Below are positions 10,048 through 19,587 of a stretch of 64,000 nt of DNA, in pieces; within the stretch, counting starts at the first letter, position 1; each line of letters begins with the position of its first letter. This DNA comes from Clostridia bacterium (GTDB taxonomy: Bacteria > Bacillota > Clostridia > TANB77 > CAG-508), in contig JAFXVF010000015.1 in the NCBI GenBank assembly GCA_017524665.1, forward strand, positions 135,628 through 199,627, read 5' to 3'. The position numbers and the translations under genes were made by a program. A model generated the notes under the pieces. That model was not told where the DNA came from, made no database searches, and was given only the letters and a program-made list of their open reading frames with translations.

Positions 10048-10078
10048 AAACGTTTGGCATGATTCCAAACGTTTCATT
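10048..10078. terminator. bidirectional terminator hairpin (gaaacgtttggc-atgatt-ccaaacgtttc) + T-tract
   Basis: Perfect palindrome followed by tttttttt. It separates convergent tyrS and clpX and is near-identical to the 3588-3620 hairpin. Confidence 0.65.
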
Positions 10079-10082
10079 TTTT

Positions 10083-11393
10083 TTATGCTGTTTGATTGTT
10101 TCTTTTTTGCTCTACTTTTCTTTTTGAAATTTTCTTTGTTGTTTCTCTATTTTCATTTATTACAAGTTTTGGCTCTACTTTCTTTTCTACTGTTTCTTTT
10201 GTAATAATACATGTTTCTATTTTAGGATTTGATGGTATTTCAAACATGATGTCTCTCATTACATCTTCTATTATAGAACGTAATCCTCTTGCTCCAGTAT
10301 TTCTTTCAATTGCTTTGTCAACAATTAAATTTAATGCTTCTGGCTCAAATTCTAGATTTACATTATCAAGTTTAAATAGTTTCTTATATTGCTTTACAAG
10401 CGCATTCTTAGGCTCTGTTACTATCTTTATTAGTGCTTCTCTATCTAGTTCTCTTAATGTTGCTATTATAGGAAGTCTTCCAACAAATTCAGGTATAAGT
10501 CCAAATTTTAATAAATCTTGAGGTAACAATTCTTCAAATACCTTGTATTTGTCTATTTCTTTTTTGCTTTCTATATGTGCTCCAAAGCCTATTGATTTTT
10601 GGCCTATTCTATCTTTAATTATTTTTTCAAGTCCTTCAAATGCACCACCACATATAAATAAAATGTTTTCTGTGTTGATTTGTAAGAATTCTTGATGAGG
10701 ATGTTTTCTTCCACCTTGTGGAGGTACTGAAGCTGTTGTTCCTTCAACTATTTTTAAAAGTGCTTGCTGTACTCCTTCTCCACTAACGTCTCTTGTTATA
10801 GATGGATTTTCTGATTTTCTTGAAATCTTATCAATTTCATCTATATATATAATACCTCTTTCAGCTTTGCTTATGTCATAATCAGCTGCCTGAATAAGCT
10901 TTAAAAGTATGTTTTCAACGTCTTCTCCAACATATCCAGCTTCTGTAAGTGTTGTTGCATCAGCTATTGCAAAAGGAACATCCAATATCTTAGCTAATGT
11001 TCTTGCTAAATATGTTTTTCCACATCCTGTAGGTCCTAATAGTAATACATTGCTTTTTTGAATCTCTACATCATTATCCTTTTTATTATCTTCTGCATTA
11101 ATTCTTTTATAGTGGTTATATACAGCAACTGCCAAAGTTTTCTTTGCATCTTCCTGGCCTATTATATATTCGTCAAGCACTGCTTTTATTTCTTTTGGAC
11201 TTGGAATGTGTTCTTCTGATATATTGTATTCCATTTCGTCTTCTAGGAATTCATCTTCAATTATTTTATTGCATACGTTTATACATTCATCACATATAAA
11301 TACATTTGGCCCTGCAATTATTTTCTTAACACTTTCTTGTGGTTTCCCACAAAAAGAGCATCTGATATTTTTTTCTTTTTCGTTTTTTTGCAT
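10083..11393 (-). CDS. clpX: ATP-dependent Clp protease ATP-binding subunit ClpX
   Basis: N-terminal Zn-finger (CSFCGK...CDEC) and AAA+ Walker A (GPTGCGKT). Confidence 0.95.
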   Translation of the reverse strand: MQKNEKEKNIRCSFCGKPQESVKKIIAGPNVFICDECINVCNKIIEDEFLEDEMEYNISEEHIPSPKEIKAVLDEYIIGQEDAKKTLAVAVYNHYKRINAEDNKKDNDVEIQKSNVLLLGPTGCGKTYLARTLAKILDVPFAIADATTLTEAGYVGEDVENILLKLIQAADYDISKAERGIIYIDEIDKISRKSENPSITRDVSGEGVQQALLKIVEGTTASVPPQGGRKHPHQEFLQINTENILFICGGAFEGLEKIIKDRIGQKSIGFGAHIESKKEIDKYKVFEELLPQDLLKFGLIPEFVGRLPIIATLRELDREALIKIVTEPKNALVKQYKKLFKLDNVNLEFEPEALNLIVDKAIERNTGARGLRSIIEDVMRDIMFEIPSNPKIETCIITKETVEKKVEPKLVINENRETTKKISKRKVEQKRNNQTA

Positions 11394-11479
11394 TACAGTT
11401 CTCCTTTATTTATATTTCATTTGCAAATTAATTATAAACAGCCCTCCACGTTTTACGTAGAAGGCCACTTGTATTTTTG

Positions 11480-12079
11480 TTATGGATGTTTATCTAATAC
11501 ACCATCTATTAGCCCATATTCTAATGCTTCTTGGGCTGTCATGAAATTATCTCTTTCTGTATCTTGATTAATTCTTTCTAATGGTTGGCCTGTTCTTTCA
11601 CTTAAAATTCTGTTTAGCTTTTCTCTTGTCTTTACCATGTGGTCAGCATGAATTTTAATTTCTGTTGTTTGACCAGCAAGTCCTCCTGATATTAAAGGTT
11701 GATGTATCATTATTTCAGCATTTGGTGTTGCAAAACGCTTACCTTTTGTTCCTGATGCTAAAAGCACAGCTCCCATGCTTGCTGCCATTCCAACACATAT
11801 TGTTGAAACAGGGCATTTTACATAGTTTATTGTATCAAATATAGCCATTCCATCTGTTATTGATCCGCCTGGACTATTTATATAAAAATATATTTCTTTG
11901 TCAGGGTCTTCTGACTCTAAGAATAACATTTGTGCTACAACTAGGCTCGCTGTAGCTTGATTAACGTCCTCACTTAAAAATATAATTCTATCTTTTAATA
12001 ATCTTGAGAATATGTCATATGACCTTTCTCCTCTGTTTGTTTGTTCAATAACATACGGTACTAAACTATCTTTTATCAT
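11480..12079 (-). CDS. clpP: ATP-dependent Clp protease proteolytic subunit
   Basis: 199 aa, typical ClpP sequence (RIIFL..., GMAASMGA..., HQP). Gene order tig-clpP-clpX. Confidence 0.95.
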   Translation of the reverse strand: MIKDSLVPYVIEQTNRGERSYDIFSRLLKDRIIFLSEDVNQATASLVVAQMLFLESEDPDKEIYFYINSPGGSITDGMAIFDTINYVKCPVSTICVGMAASMGAVLLASGTKGKRFATPNAEIMIHQPLISGGLAGQTTEIKIHADHMVKTREKLNRILSERTGQPLERINQDTERDNFMTAQEALEYGLIDGVLDKHP

Positions 12080-12165
12080 TTATTTCCTCCTTAATTTGCC
12101 TTTGGCGTTTGGCATTTGGTTATTAGCTTTATTTTTTACTAATTTCTAAATGCTAAATACATTTT

Positions 12166-13449
12166 CTATTTTATTTTAGCATTACTTACTAAGAAGTCAA
12201 TAGCTTTTTCATTCTTTAGGTTTTCTTTTATGTATTCATTAAGTTGAACATTGTTAATAAGTTCTTCTTCTTTTCTATTATAGTTCTTAGCCATTTCTTT
12301 TATTTTTTCTGTTACTTCCTCGTTTGTTGGTTCAATCTTTTCTGCTTTAATAACAGCATCTAAAACTAGTCTTGCTTTTACAGCTTCTTTAGCAGGCTCT
12401 TCGTTTTCTTTTCTAAAGTCTGTCATTGTTTTTCCTACCATTTTTAGATAGTCATCTAGTTTTATTCCTTGATATGAAAGTCTTTGCTCAACATCTTTTG
12501 CAACGTTGTCAATTTCTGTATCTATCATTCCAGAAGGAATATCAATTTCTGTTGCATCAGCTAAAGCTTTAATTACAGCATCTTCTGTTTCGTGCTTTGC
12601 TCTGTGCTCATTTTCATGCTCTAATTTTTCCTTTATATCTGCTTTTAATTCTTTTAATGTATCAAATTCGCTAACGTCTTTTGCAAATTCGTCATCTAAT
12701 TTTGGTAATTCTTTCTTCTTTATTTCATGAACTTTTACTTTAAATACAGCTGGTTTTCCTGCAAGTTCTTTTGAGAAGTAGTCTTCTGGGAATGTTACAT
12801 TGATGTCCTTTTCTTCATCAATTTTCATTCCAATAACTTGCTCTTCAAATCCATTTATAAATGTATGGCTTCCAATTGTTAATTCGTGTCCTTCTGCTTT
12901 TCCTCCTTCAAAAGGAACTCCATCTACAGATCCTTCGAAGTCAATAGTTGCAATGTCTCCATCTTCAACTGGTCTATTGTCTATTGTAACTAATCTGCTA
13001 TTCTTTTCTTGCATATGTCCAAGTTCATGTTCAATATCTTCATCAGTTACATTATACTCTATTTTTTTAATTTCTATACCTTTATATTTTCCAAGTTTTA
13101 CCTCAGGCTTTGTTTGAACTATAGCTGTAAATATAAGGTCTTTACCTTTGCCCATTTGTGTAATATCTATATCAGGTTTACTTACTACTTCTATGTTGTT
13201 GTTCTTTACTTCTTCATCAAATACTTCTGGTACAACTTCATTAAATGCATCTTCATAGAAAACTTCGTCTCCATAAACTTTTTCTACAATGTGCATAGGT
13301 GCTTTACCTTTTCTAAATCCAGGTATATTAAAATATTTCTTGTTTTTTTCATATACTTTCTTTATTCCTTCGTCAAATTTAGCTGCCTCAATTGTAAACT
13401 CTAACTTTACCTCATTTTTGTTTTCTGTCTTACTAACTTTCATACTCAT
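12166..13449 (-). CDS. tig: trigger factor
   Basis: 427 aa. N-terminal ribosome-binding signature GFRKGKAP, a central PPIase-like region, and an acidic C-terminus. Confidence 0.9.
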   Translation of the reverse strand: MSMKVSKTENKNEVKLEFTIEAAKFDEGIKKVYEKNKKYFNIPGFRKGKAPMHIVEKVYGDEVFYEDAFNEVVPEVFDEEVKNNNIEVVSKPDIDITQMGKGKDLIFTAIVQTKPEVKLGKYKGIEIKKIEYNVTDEDIEHELGHMQEKNSRLVTIDNRPVEDGDIATIDFEGSVDGVPFEGGKAEGHELTIGSHTFINGFEEQVIGMKIDEEKDINVTFPEDYFSKELAGKPAVFKVKVHEIKKKELPKLDDEFAKDVSEFDTLKELKADIKEKLEHENEHRAKHETEDAVIKALADATEIDIPSGMIDTEIDNVAKDVEQRLSYQGIKLDDYLKMVGKTMTDFRKENEEPAKEAVKARLVLDAVIKAEKIEPTNEEVTEKIKEMAKNYNRKEEELINNVQLNEYIKENLKNEKAIDFLVSNAKIK

Positions 13450-13558
13450 TTTAATTCATTCCTCCAAAATGTTATTTCTATTTAAATAAAATAGCCTTTA
13501 TACTATATCACAAAGTTTCTTTTGTTGCAAGCATTTTATGTCAATTTAATAATATTGT

Positions 13559-14674
13559 TTACATTTCTAAATCCGGCTTTAATGAGACTAATGGACAAAT
13601 TGCATTATTTGCTATTAGAATTATTTTTCCCATCCAGCCAGAATCTCCTCCACTAACTCCAATTATGTAGCCTTTTGCCCCACAGCTTGGGGAACATAGC
13701 CAAAAGCCATTATAGTCTGATATATAATAAAAGTTGTTTAATATTTCATCTGGTTTGATTATATTAGCATCTGTGTCATAGCCATATCCATTTATAGCTA
13801 CACTACTTGAAGAAGGGCTTACAGCATATCCATAATTATTATCATTAAATGGATACATACATTCTAACTTGGTTCTATTTGAATTCAAATTTTCTGAATT
13901 TGTTTCGTCTGTTAAGCCATAATGTGTATTATAACTGTCTATATACATTTCTACACTTGCTGCGCCAATTACATAATTAATTCTATCAGATAGATTAGGG
14001 TTCACATTATTTTTTAAATTTTCCCATTTTTTTGTATCGGAAAGCCAAATCGCTACCTTCATATTTAAATTATCTGTTGAAGGTGCTAGCGTTTTTTCTT
14101 CACCAATTAATTTTTCTTTTGCATATAGTAGTGGATTTAGCTCTCTAATTTTTGAAGAAGCTAAATTACCCTCAACTGTTTCGAATGTATCAGTATTCAT
14201 AAATGAATAATAATTGTTCGTGCAGTCAGCTCTTAAATATATTGTCCCTGCTCCGTCTCCATATTTATTTTCAAAGTCAATCCAAAAAAGCCTATATTGA
14301 TTAGATACAACATATGTTTTACCATCTATTGTTATATTAGTTGGTGCTCCTGTATAATCTGTTGCAATTTTACCTAAATGTTCTGCAAAATTTGACTTTG
14401 TAAGAGTTAATTCTTCACTATTTCCATCTTTATCTGTTAATTTAATATTTACAGAGATTAAATTTGAAAATGCTTTATTTAATTCTTTTTCCATTAATTC
14501 TGTATTATAACTGTATTTATCTGTAGAATCTTTTGTTTTTGCAAATAGTCCTTCTTCGTTGGCTGAAAATGATATTGCAACTCCTGCTAAAATCAGCAAA
14601 ACAATTACCGTGATTACAAGTGCAATTAAAGTAATTCCTTCATTACGGCCCATAGCCTCTTTACTTTTCTTCAT
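13559..14674 (-). CDS. secreted/surface protein with atypical prepilin-like (class III) N-terminus
   Basis: N-terminus MKKSKEAMGRNEGITLIALVITVIVLLILAGVAIS: basic leader, Gly, then a 20-residue hydrophobic helix, as in type IV pilins, but with Ala instead of Glu at +5. The protein is paralogous at its N-terminus to the 61848-62075 ORF. Confidence 0.5.
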   Translation of the reverse strand: MKKSKEAMGRNEGITLIALVITVIVLLILAGVAISFSANEEGLFAKTKDSTDKYSYNTELMEKELNKAFSNLISVNIKLTDKDGNSEELTLTKSNFAEHLGKIATDYTGAPTNITIDGKTYVVSNQYRLFWIDFENKYGDGAGTIYLRADCTNNYYSFMNTDTFETVEGNLASSKIRELNPLLYAKEKLIGEEKTLAPSTDNLNMKVAIWLSDTKKWENLKNNVNPNLSDRINYVIGAASVEMYIDSYNTHYGLTDETNSENLNSNRTKLECMYPFNDNNYGYAVSPSSSSVAINGYGYDTDANIIKPDEILNNFYYISDYNGFWLCSPSCGAKGYIIGVSGGDSGWMGKIILIANNAICPLVSLKPDLEM

Positions 14675-14699
14675 TTGTTTTCTCCTTTTTATAATATCT

Positions 14700-15398
14700 T
14701 TAGCTTAATTGAATTAGCTTAAAATCTGTATAATCACAACTTACAAGCTTAAATTCTATTCCTTCTATTAGTCCTTCTTTTGCTTCTTTGTGTGATGGTC
14801 CATGTAAATGACCATAAATACACTTTTTTACATTATACTGTTTCATTAAACTTATAAAATTGCATTCTTCATCATCCATTGTATTAAATGGTGGGTAATG
14901 CATACACACTATTATTTCTTTTTTCGTTCCATATTTTGCTATCCCATCTTCTAAAGAAAGCTTTAGCCTATTTCTTTCTCGCTTCAAAATTCTTTTTCCA
15001 TCTTCTAAATCTAAACTTGTCCATCCTCTTGTTCCACATATAATGTGGCCTTCATATTCATAACTGCTGTTATATATAAAATCTATATCTTTATAGTTGT
15101 TCTCCTGCAAATATCTCCTCATTGATGTAATAGTAGTCCACCAGTAGTCATGGTTTCCTTTTAATAGCAATTTTTTTCCAGGTAATTCATTTAAGTAATC
15201 AAAATCGTAGTTGGTGTCCTTTAAATACATAGCCCATGAAAAATCTCCTGGCAATAATACTAAATCATTTGGCTTTACTTTACTAATCCAATCTTCTTTT
15301 ATCTTTTCAGCATGTCCTTCCCAATTTGCACCAAATATATCCATTGGCTTATTTTCGCCAAATGATAAGTGCAAATCAGCGATTGCGTATATACTCAA
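14700..15398 (-). CDS. metallophosphoesterase
   Basis: Motifs IADLH, LPGDF, GNHDYW and HGHLH indicate a calcineurin-like phosphoesterase. TTG start with GGAGG 8 nt upstream. Confidence 0.7.
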   Translation of the reverse strand: MSIYAIADLHLSFGENKPMDIFGANWEGHAEKIKEDWISKVKPNDLVLLPGDFSWAMYLKDTNYDFDYLNELPGKKLLLKGNHDYWWTTITSMRRYLQENNYKDIDFIYNSSYEYEGHIICGTRGWTSLDLEDGKRILKRERNRLKLSLEDGIAKYGTKKEIIVCMHYPPFNTMDDEECNFISLMKQYNVKKCIYGHLHGPSHKEAKEGLIEGIEFKLVSCDYTDFKLIQLS

Positions 15399-15449
15399 TT
15401 AATTCGCCTCCATTTTTTTCGTAATTACATAATGAAATTTAAATCGTCC

Positions 15450-15569
15450 TTAGGTAATATATTATTTATTTTTTGCTCCTTGTTGTCGCTTACGCTCCAT
15501 TCGCCTAGGGTCATTTCCACTCGGGGAGCTTCCCTACGCGTCGCTTAAAATAAATAATATATTACCTAA
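15450..15569. repeat. GC-rich core (15473-15546) bounded by perfect 23-bp AT-rich inverted repeats (15450-15472 / 15547-15569)
   Basis: The arms ttaggtaatatattatttatttt / aaaataaataatatattacctaa are perfect. The core ...cgcttacgctccattcgcctagggtcatttccactcggggagcttccctacgcgtcgc... is GC-rich and internally dyadic. The architecture is the same as the 7195-7401 element. Confidence 0.55.
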
Positions 15570-15591
15570 TTTGATTCAAATGCTTTATCCT

Positions 15592-16581
15592 TTAAATCTT
15601 TAAATTAGGCACTGCATTTAAGTACATGTTTGATGTATTTCCTTCTAAATAATTGTAATATGCTGTAGATGCTATCATAGCAGCATTGTCTGTGCATAAT
15701 ACTGGCTCTGGATAGTAAACTTTTAGGTTTTCTTCTTGGCCAAATTTTAAGAATTGTTCTCTTATATAGCTATTAGCAGATACTCCCCCTGCTAATGCTA
15801 TTGTTTTAATTCCAAGCTGATTTGCAGCTCTTTTAGTATTTTCTATTAGTACTTCAGTTACTGTTTTTTCAAAGCTTGCACATAAGTCGGCTTTATTTAT
15901 GTCTGGGTTTTTATGGTGCATATTTATAATTGCTGTTTTTATTCCACTAAAACTAAAATCCAAATTCTCAAAATGAGTTTTAGGAAGTGCAATATTTGGA
16001 GTTCCTTCTTTTGCAAGTTTATCTACTTTAGGTCCTCCTGGATAGCCTAATCCGACAACTCTTGCAACTTTATCAAATGCTTCTCCAATTGCATCATCTC
16101 TTGTTTTTCCCAATATCTCAAATTCGGTATAGTTTTTTATATGTATTAAATGTGTGTGTCCACCTGAAATTACTAAACATAAAAATGGTGGTTTTAAATC
16201 TTCATGACATATGTAATTTGCTGCAATATGCCCTTGAATATGGTTTGCTCCAATTAGTGGCTTGTTTAACGCATAGCTTAATCCTTTTGCATATGAAACT
16301 CCAACTAATAGTGCTCCAACTAATCCAGGTCCATATGTACAAGCAATTACGTCAATATCTTGAAGTGTTACATTTGCTCGTTTTAATGCTTCTTTTGTTA
16401 CACCATTTATTGCTTCTATGTGATATCTAGATGCAATTTCAGGTACAACTCCACCATATGTCTCATGGATTTTTATTTGTGATTCTATAACATTAGATAA
16501 AACTTCTCTGCCGTTTTTTACAACAGCTACAGAAGTTTCATCACAACTTGATTCGATTCCTAATACTAATATATCTTTCAT
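15592..16581 (-). CDS. tsaD: tRNA N6-adenosine threonylcarbamoyltransferase
   Basis: 329 aa. [13 protein letters not shown] and a conserved His/Asp metal site typical of Kae1/TsaD. Confidence 0.9.
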   Translation of the reverse strand: MKDILVLGIESSCDETSVAVVKNGREVLSNVIESQIKIHETYGGVVPEIASRYHIEAINGVTKEALKRANVTLQDIDVIACTYGPGLVGALLVGVSYAKGLSYALNKPLIGANHIQGHIAANYICHEDLKPPFLCLVISGGHTHLIHIKNYTEFEILGKTRDDAIGEAFDKVARVVGLGYPGGPKVDKLAKEGTPNIALPKTHFENLDFSFSGIKTAIINMHHKNPDINKADLCASFEKTVTEVLIENTKRAANQLGIKTIALAGGVSANSYIREQFLKFGQEENLKVYYPEPVLCTDNAAMIASTAYYNYLEGNTSNMYLNAVPNLKI

Positions 16582-16593
16582 TTCTTTTTCCTT

Positions 16594-17331
16594 TTACATA
16601 AACATTCCAAATAGCCCACCTATTGCCCAGCTTAGACCAGATATAATTGCATTTATTATTGGAGTAATAATTAGGCTTGCTATGTCTGTTATCCATATAA
16701 TTAAAAATATAATATAAAATACATATTCATTTGCTTCCATCCAAACTCTTGCATTGTATGGTAAAAATCTTTTTAATATTTTTGATCCGTCTAGTGGTGG
16801 CAATGGTATTAAGTTAAATACTCCAAGTCCAACGTTTACTATTACTGTATAGCTTAACATTGTTACTATAACTTCACCTACAGTTGAATGTAAAAAACCT
16901 GCACTTGCAAATGTTGTTACAGCATAGAAAATCACAGTAAATACAATAGATAATATAAAATTCATAAGTGGCCCTGCAAATGCAACTATTGCCTCACAAG
17001 TAGATGCCGAAAACTTGCTGTTAAAGTTTCTTGGATTTATTTGTACTGGTTTTCCCCATCCTATATGAGCAAATACTAGCATAAATATTCCAAATGGGTC
17101 TATATGGCTTAATGGGTTTAAATTAAGCCTGCCTTGCATTCTTGGTGTATCATCTCCTAATTTGTCTGCAGCAAATGCATGAGAAAACTCATGAAATGTT
17201 ATTGCAACTAATACACCTGGTAAAGTAAGCAATATATCTACAATACTAAATTGTCCTCTCGTAATGCTCATTATAGCTAGCAATATTAGAATAATATAAA
17301 TATAACTATTTCTATTGGACGAATAAAACAT
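16594..17331 (-). CDS. site-2 protease family (M50-like) zinc metalloprotease, membrane
   Basis: HEFSHAFAA (HExxH) inside a polytopic membrane protein. Trimmed to the internal Met (MFYSSNRNSYIY...) to avoid overlap with the upstream gene; the longer ORF extends to 17460. Confidence 0.65.
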   Translation of the reverse strand: MFYSSNRNSYIYIILILLAIMSITRGQFSIVDILLTLPGVLVAITFHEFSHAFAADKLGDDTPRMQGRLNLNPLSHIDPFGIFMLVFAHIGWGKPVQINPRNFNSKFSASTCEAIVAFAGPLMNFILSIVFTVIFYAVTTFASAGFLHSTVGEVIVTMLSYTVIVNVGLGVFNLIPLPPLDGSKILKRFLPYNARVWMEANEYVFYIIFLIIWITDIASLIITPIINAIISGLSWAIGGLFGMFM

Positions 17332-17350
17332 ATTACTATTCCTTTCACAT

Positions 17351-17881
17351 TTATAATCTATCAACTTTAGAATTAGACTTCTTTGCAAAATCTGTTGCAT
17401 ACTCCATTCCGTTGTATACATATACACTGCATTCCGTATTCTCAAGTCCGCTAGGATCAAAAGATAAATCTGGAGTTACAAATGTCTTTCTTTCTAAAGT
17501 ATTTGGATCAACATATTCGATTTCAACGCTGTATCGTGTAACAAATCTTGTGTTTTGGTATGGCGATGATCTATGTATATAGCCTTTATTTATTTTAGTG
17601 CTCTTTAATGTTCTAATTATAGTTCCTTCAACTCTTTCGCCATTTTCTCTAATTTTTTTATATCTTTCTAACAAAAACTTGTTTTTAATGTACCAGGGTA
17701 CTGAGCATGATAGCTCTATACTAGTCAACACTATAAACATAAATATTGATGGATATAGCATATTATTAATATTGCCATTTATAAAACCAATAACATATAT
17801 TATTATCCCAAAAATGACTATTGTTTCTATGTAATTAAATATTAACTTAACTATAGTATGCTTTTCAATTTCATACATCAT
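17351..17881 (-). CDS. hypothetical membrane protein (176 aa)
   Basis: Two or three N-terminal TM helices; no family recognised. Confidence 0.45.
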   Translation of the reverse strand: MMYEIEKHTIVKLIFNYIETIVIFGIIIYVIGFINGNINNMLYPSIFMFIVLTSIELSCSVPWYIKNKFLLERYKKIRENGERVEGTIIRTLKSTKINKGYIHRSSPYQNTRFVTRYSVEIEYVDPNTLERKTFVTPDLSFDPSGLENTECSVYVYNGMEYATDFAKKSNSKVDRL

Positions 17882-17917
17882 AGTTATTCTTTTCCTTTCC
17901 TTATACAGTTTATTCCT

Positions 17918-18325
17918 CTATTTTTCACCTAGGTCTTCTGAAAATCTTAATAAATACCCATCTGAGTCCTTTACTAAGAATTCTTTGTTACCTAGTTTTT
18001 TGTTTCCTTGTCTATACCAGTTTTCTTCAATTTCAAATGTAATTCCATAGTTGTTCTTTTTTAATGCATCATAGATTTCTTGAACATTAGCTACTTCTAA
18101 TTGAAAATTTATTCCATTGCCAAATGGATATGAAAGAGGTGCTATGTTCCATTTATCATCATCAGATATTTCTTGTAGCATAAACTGTATTTCTCCCATG
18201 GAAATAAATACAAATTTATTTTCTGGTCTCTCATATTCAATTTTAAAACCTATAGTATTATAAAACTCTAAACTATTCTTTAAATTAGTAACACTCAATT
18301 CTGGTATTATTTTATTAAAAAACAT
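17918..18325 (-). CDS. VOC (glyoxalase/bleomycin-resistance) family protein
   Basis: 135 aa. A betaalphabetabetabeta-like pattern, with IPELSVTNLKNSLEFY and an FMLQE fold signature. Weak assignment. Confidence 0.5.
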   Translation of the reverse strand: MFFNKIIPELSVTNLKNSLEFYNTIGFKIEYERPENKFVFISMGEIQFMLQEISDDDKWNIAPLSYPFGNGINFQLEVANVQEIYDALKKNNYGITFEIEENWYRQGNKKLGNKEFLVKDSDGYLLRFSEDLGEK

Positions 18326-18476
18326 AACCTCACCTACATTTTTATCCTAAAGGCTTCATAGAACAAATGACTATTTCTTGATTTTCCTTTATTTATCAAC
18401 ATATAAGCCATTTAAAATTTAAATTTTACAGCTATTTTACAGCTATGCGACTCTATTTATTAGAATACATTAAACC

Positions 18477-18977
18477 TTATTGATTATTTCCTTTTAATGT
18501 ATCATAAAAGCTTTTCTTATATTCTTCTATTTTATCTTTTTCTATTTCTCCAACTTTAAATAATATCTGTTTATCATTTAGTTTATATACTATATCCGTT
18601 TTTACAATACTATCTTTATTAAGATTATTTTTATTATCTTTTTTTATTAGCTTATTTGACTTAAATTTAATCTTTTCTATTTGTGAAGATAAAATCATTC
18701 CAATGTATTCAATTGGTATAGCAGTATTATCTCTATCTATAATTACAAAAAGATGATTACTCCCCATCTTTCCATCAGGATAAAGATATACGCTTACAAA
18801 TACAATATCTCCTATACTATAGTAATCGTACTTTTCACTATATTCATTTAAGACATTTTCGACTTTTCCCTTATGCCATTCCTCTTCAACTGGAAACTCT
18901 TCAAATGCTTCTTCTAAATCTTTAACTCTACCATATTTATATGCTATTTTTAAGAAATCACTTAACTCTTCTTTCAT
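18477..18977 (-). CDS. hypothetical protein (166 aa)
   Basis: Clean ORF; function unknown. See noticed_but_rejected for the MazF-like idea. Confidence 0.45.
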   Translation of the reverse strand: MKEELSDFLKIAYKYGRVKDLEEAFEEFPVEEEWHKGKVENVLNEYSEKYDYYSIGDIVFVSVYLYPDGKMGSNHLFVIIDRDNTAIPIEYIGMILSSQIEKIKFKSNKLIKKDNKNNLNKDSIVKTDIVYKLNDKQILFKVGEIEKDKIEEYKKSFYDTLKGNNQ

Positions 18978-19017
18978 TAAAATTCCTTTCCAATGTTGGC
19001 TTTTCCAACATTGCTTT

Positions 19018-19551
19018 TTATCTTTCTTCGTCTTTTATTTTTTTGTTTTGCTTTCTTGCTAATTCCTGGAATTCATTATACAGATCCATAAAGCATAAAT
19101 TTAATGGATCATATCTAGAGCCAGAGTTAGATATTCTTATCCCTATATTAAAAGAGGGATCATCTTGATTTTGAAAGAAAGTTAATCTAATACCTTCATC
19201 CATTTGCTCTATAAAAAGTTTATTTGCCTTTTCTTCACTAGTATCATCGCTTAATACACTAATACGACCTTCGTCGTCAATTATCCTTTCATGACTTTGA
19301 TATTGCTTGGTTTTAATATTTTTAATTAATTTATGAAATTGTACCCATCCAGCTTCTCCATTTTGAATTAAGAATTCTGATTTGCATATAAATTTAGAAT
19401 CGCTTAATTCTTGTTCATGTCCGAATGTATTAAAGTAAAAATCACCATTCCCCCCATAAAGTATGTTTAAGCCATGCGTTAAATTAGTATTATCTCGTAT
19501 GCAAATATTTTTCAAATTCTCAAAACTGCCATTTTCTTTATATTCTATCAT
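19018..19551 (-). CDS. hypothetical protein (177 aa)
   Basis: Clean ORF; no family recognised. Confidence 0.45.
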   Translation of the reverse strand: MIEYKENGSFENLKNICIRDNTNLTHGLNILYGGNGDFYFNTFGHEQELSDSKFICKSEFLIQNGEAGWVQFHKLIKNIKTKQYQSHERIIDDEGRISVLSDDTSEEKANKLFIEQMDEGIRLTFFQNQDDPSFNIGIRISNSGSRYDPLNLCFMDLYNEFQELARKQNKKIKDEER

Positions 19552-19587
19552 AATTATTTTACCTGTCCAATTTCTTTATATTTGTTC

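Noticed and set aside
16594-17460. Long version of the M50 protease ORF overlapping the upstream membrane-protein gene by 110 nt
   Set aside because: An internal Met (17331) followed by the first TM helix gives a non-overlapping gene. The N-terminal 43 residues of the long ORF look non-coding.
18477-18977. Possible MazF/PemK-like toxin (GDIVFVSV...HLFVIID pattern)
   Set aside because: The resemblance is limited to a short hydrophobic pattern. The protein is 166 aa with a long N-terminal extension, and no antitoxin-sized partner sits upstream. Kept as hypothetical.
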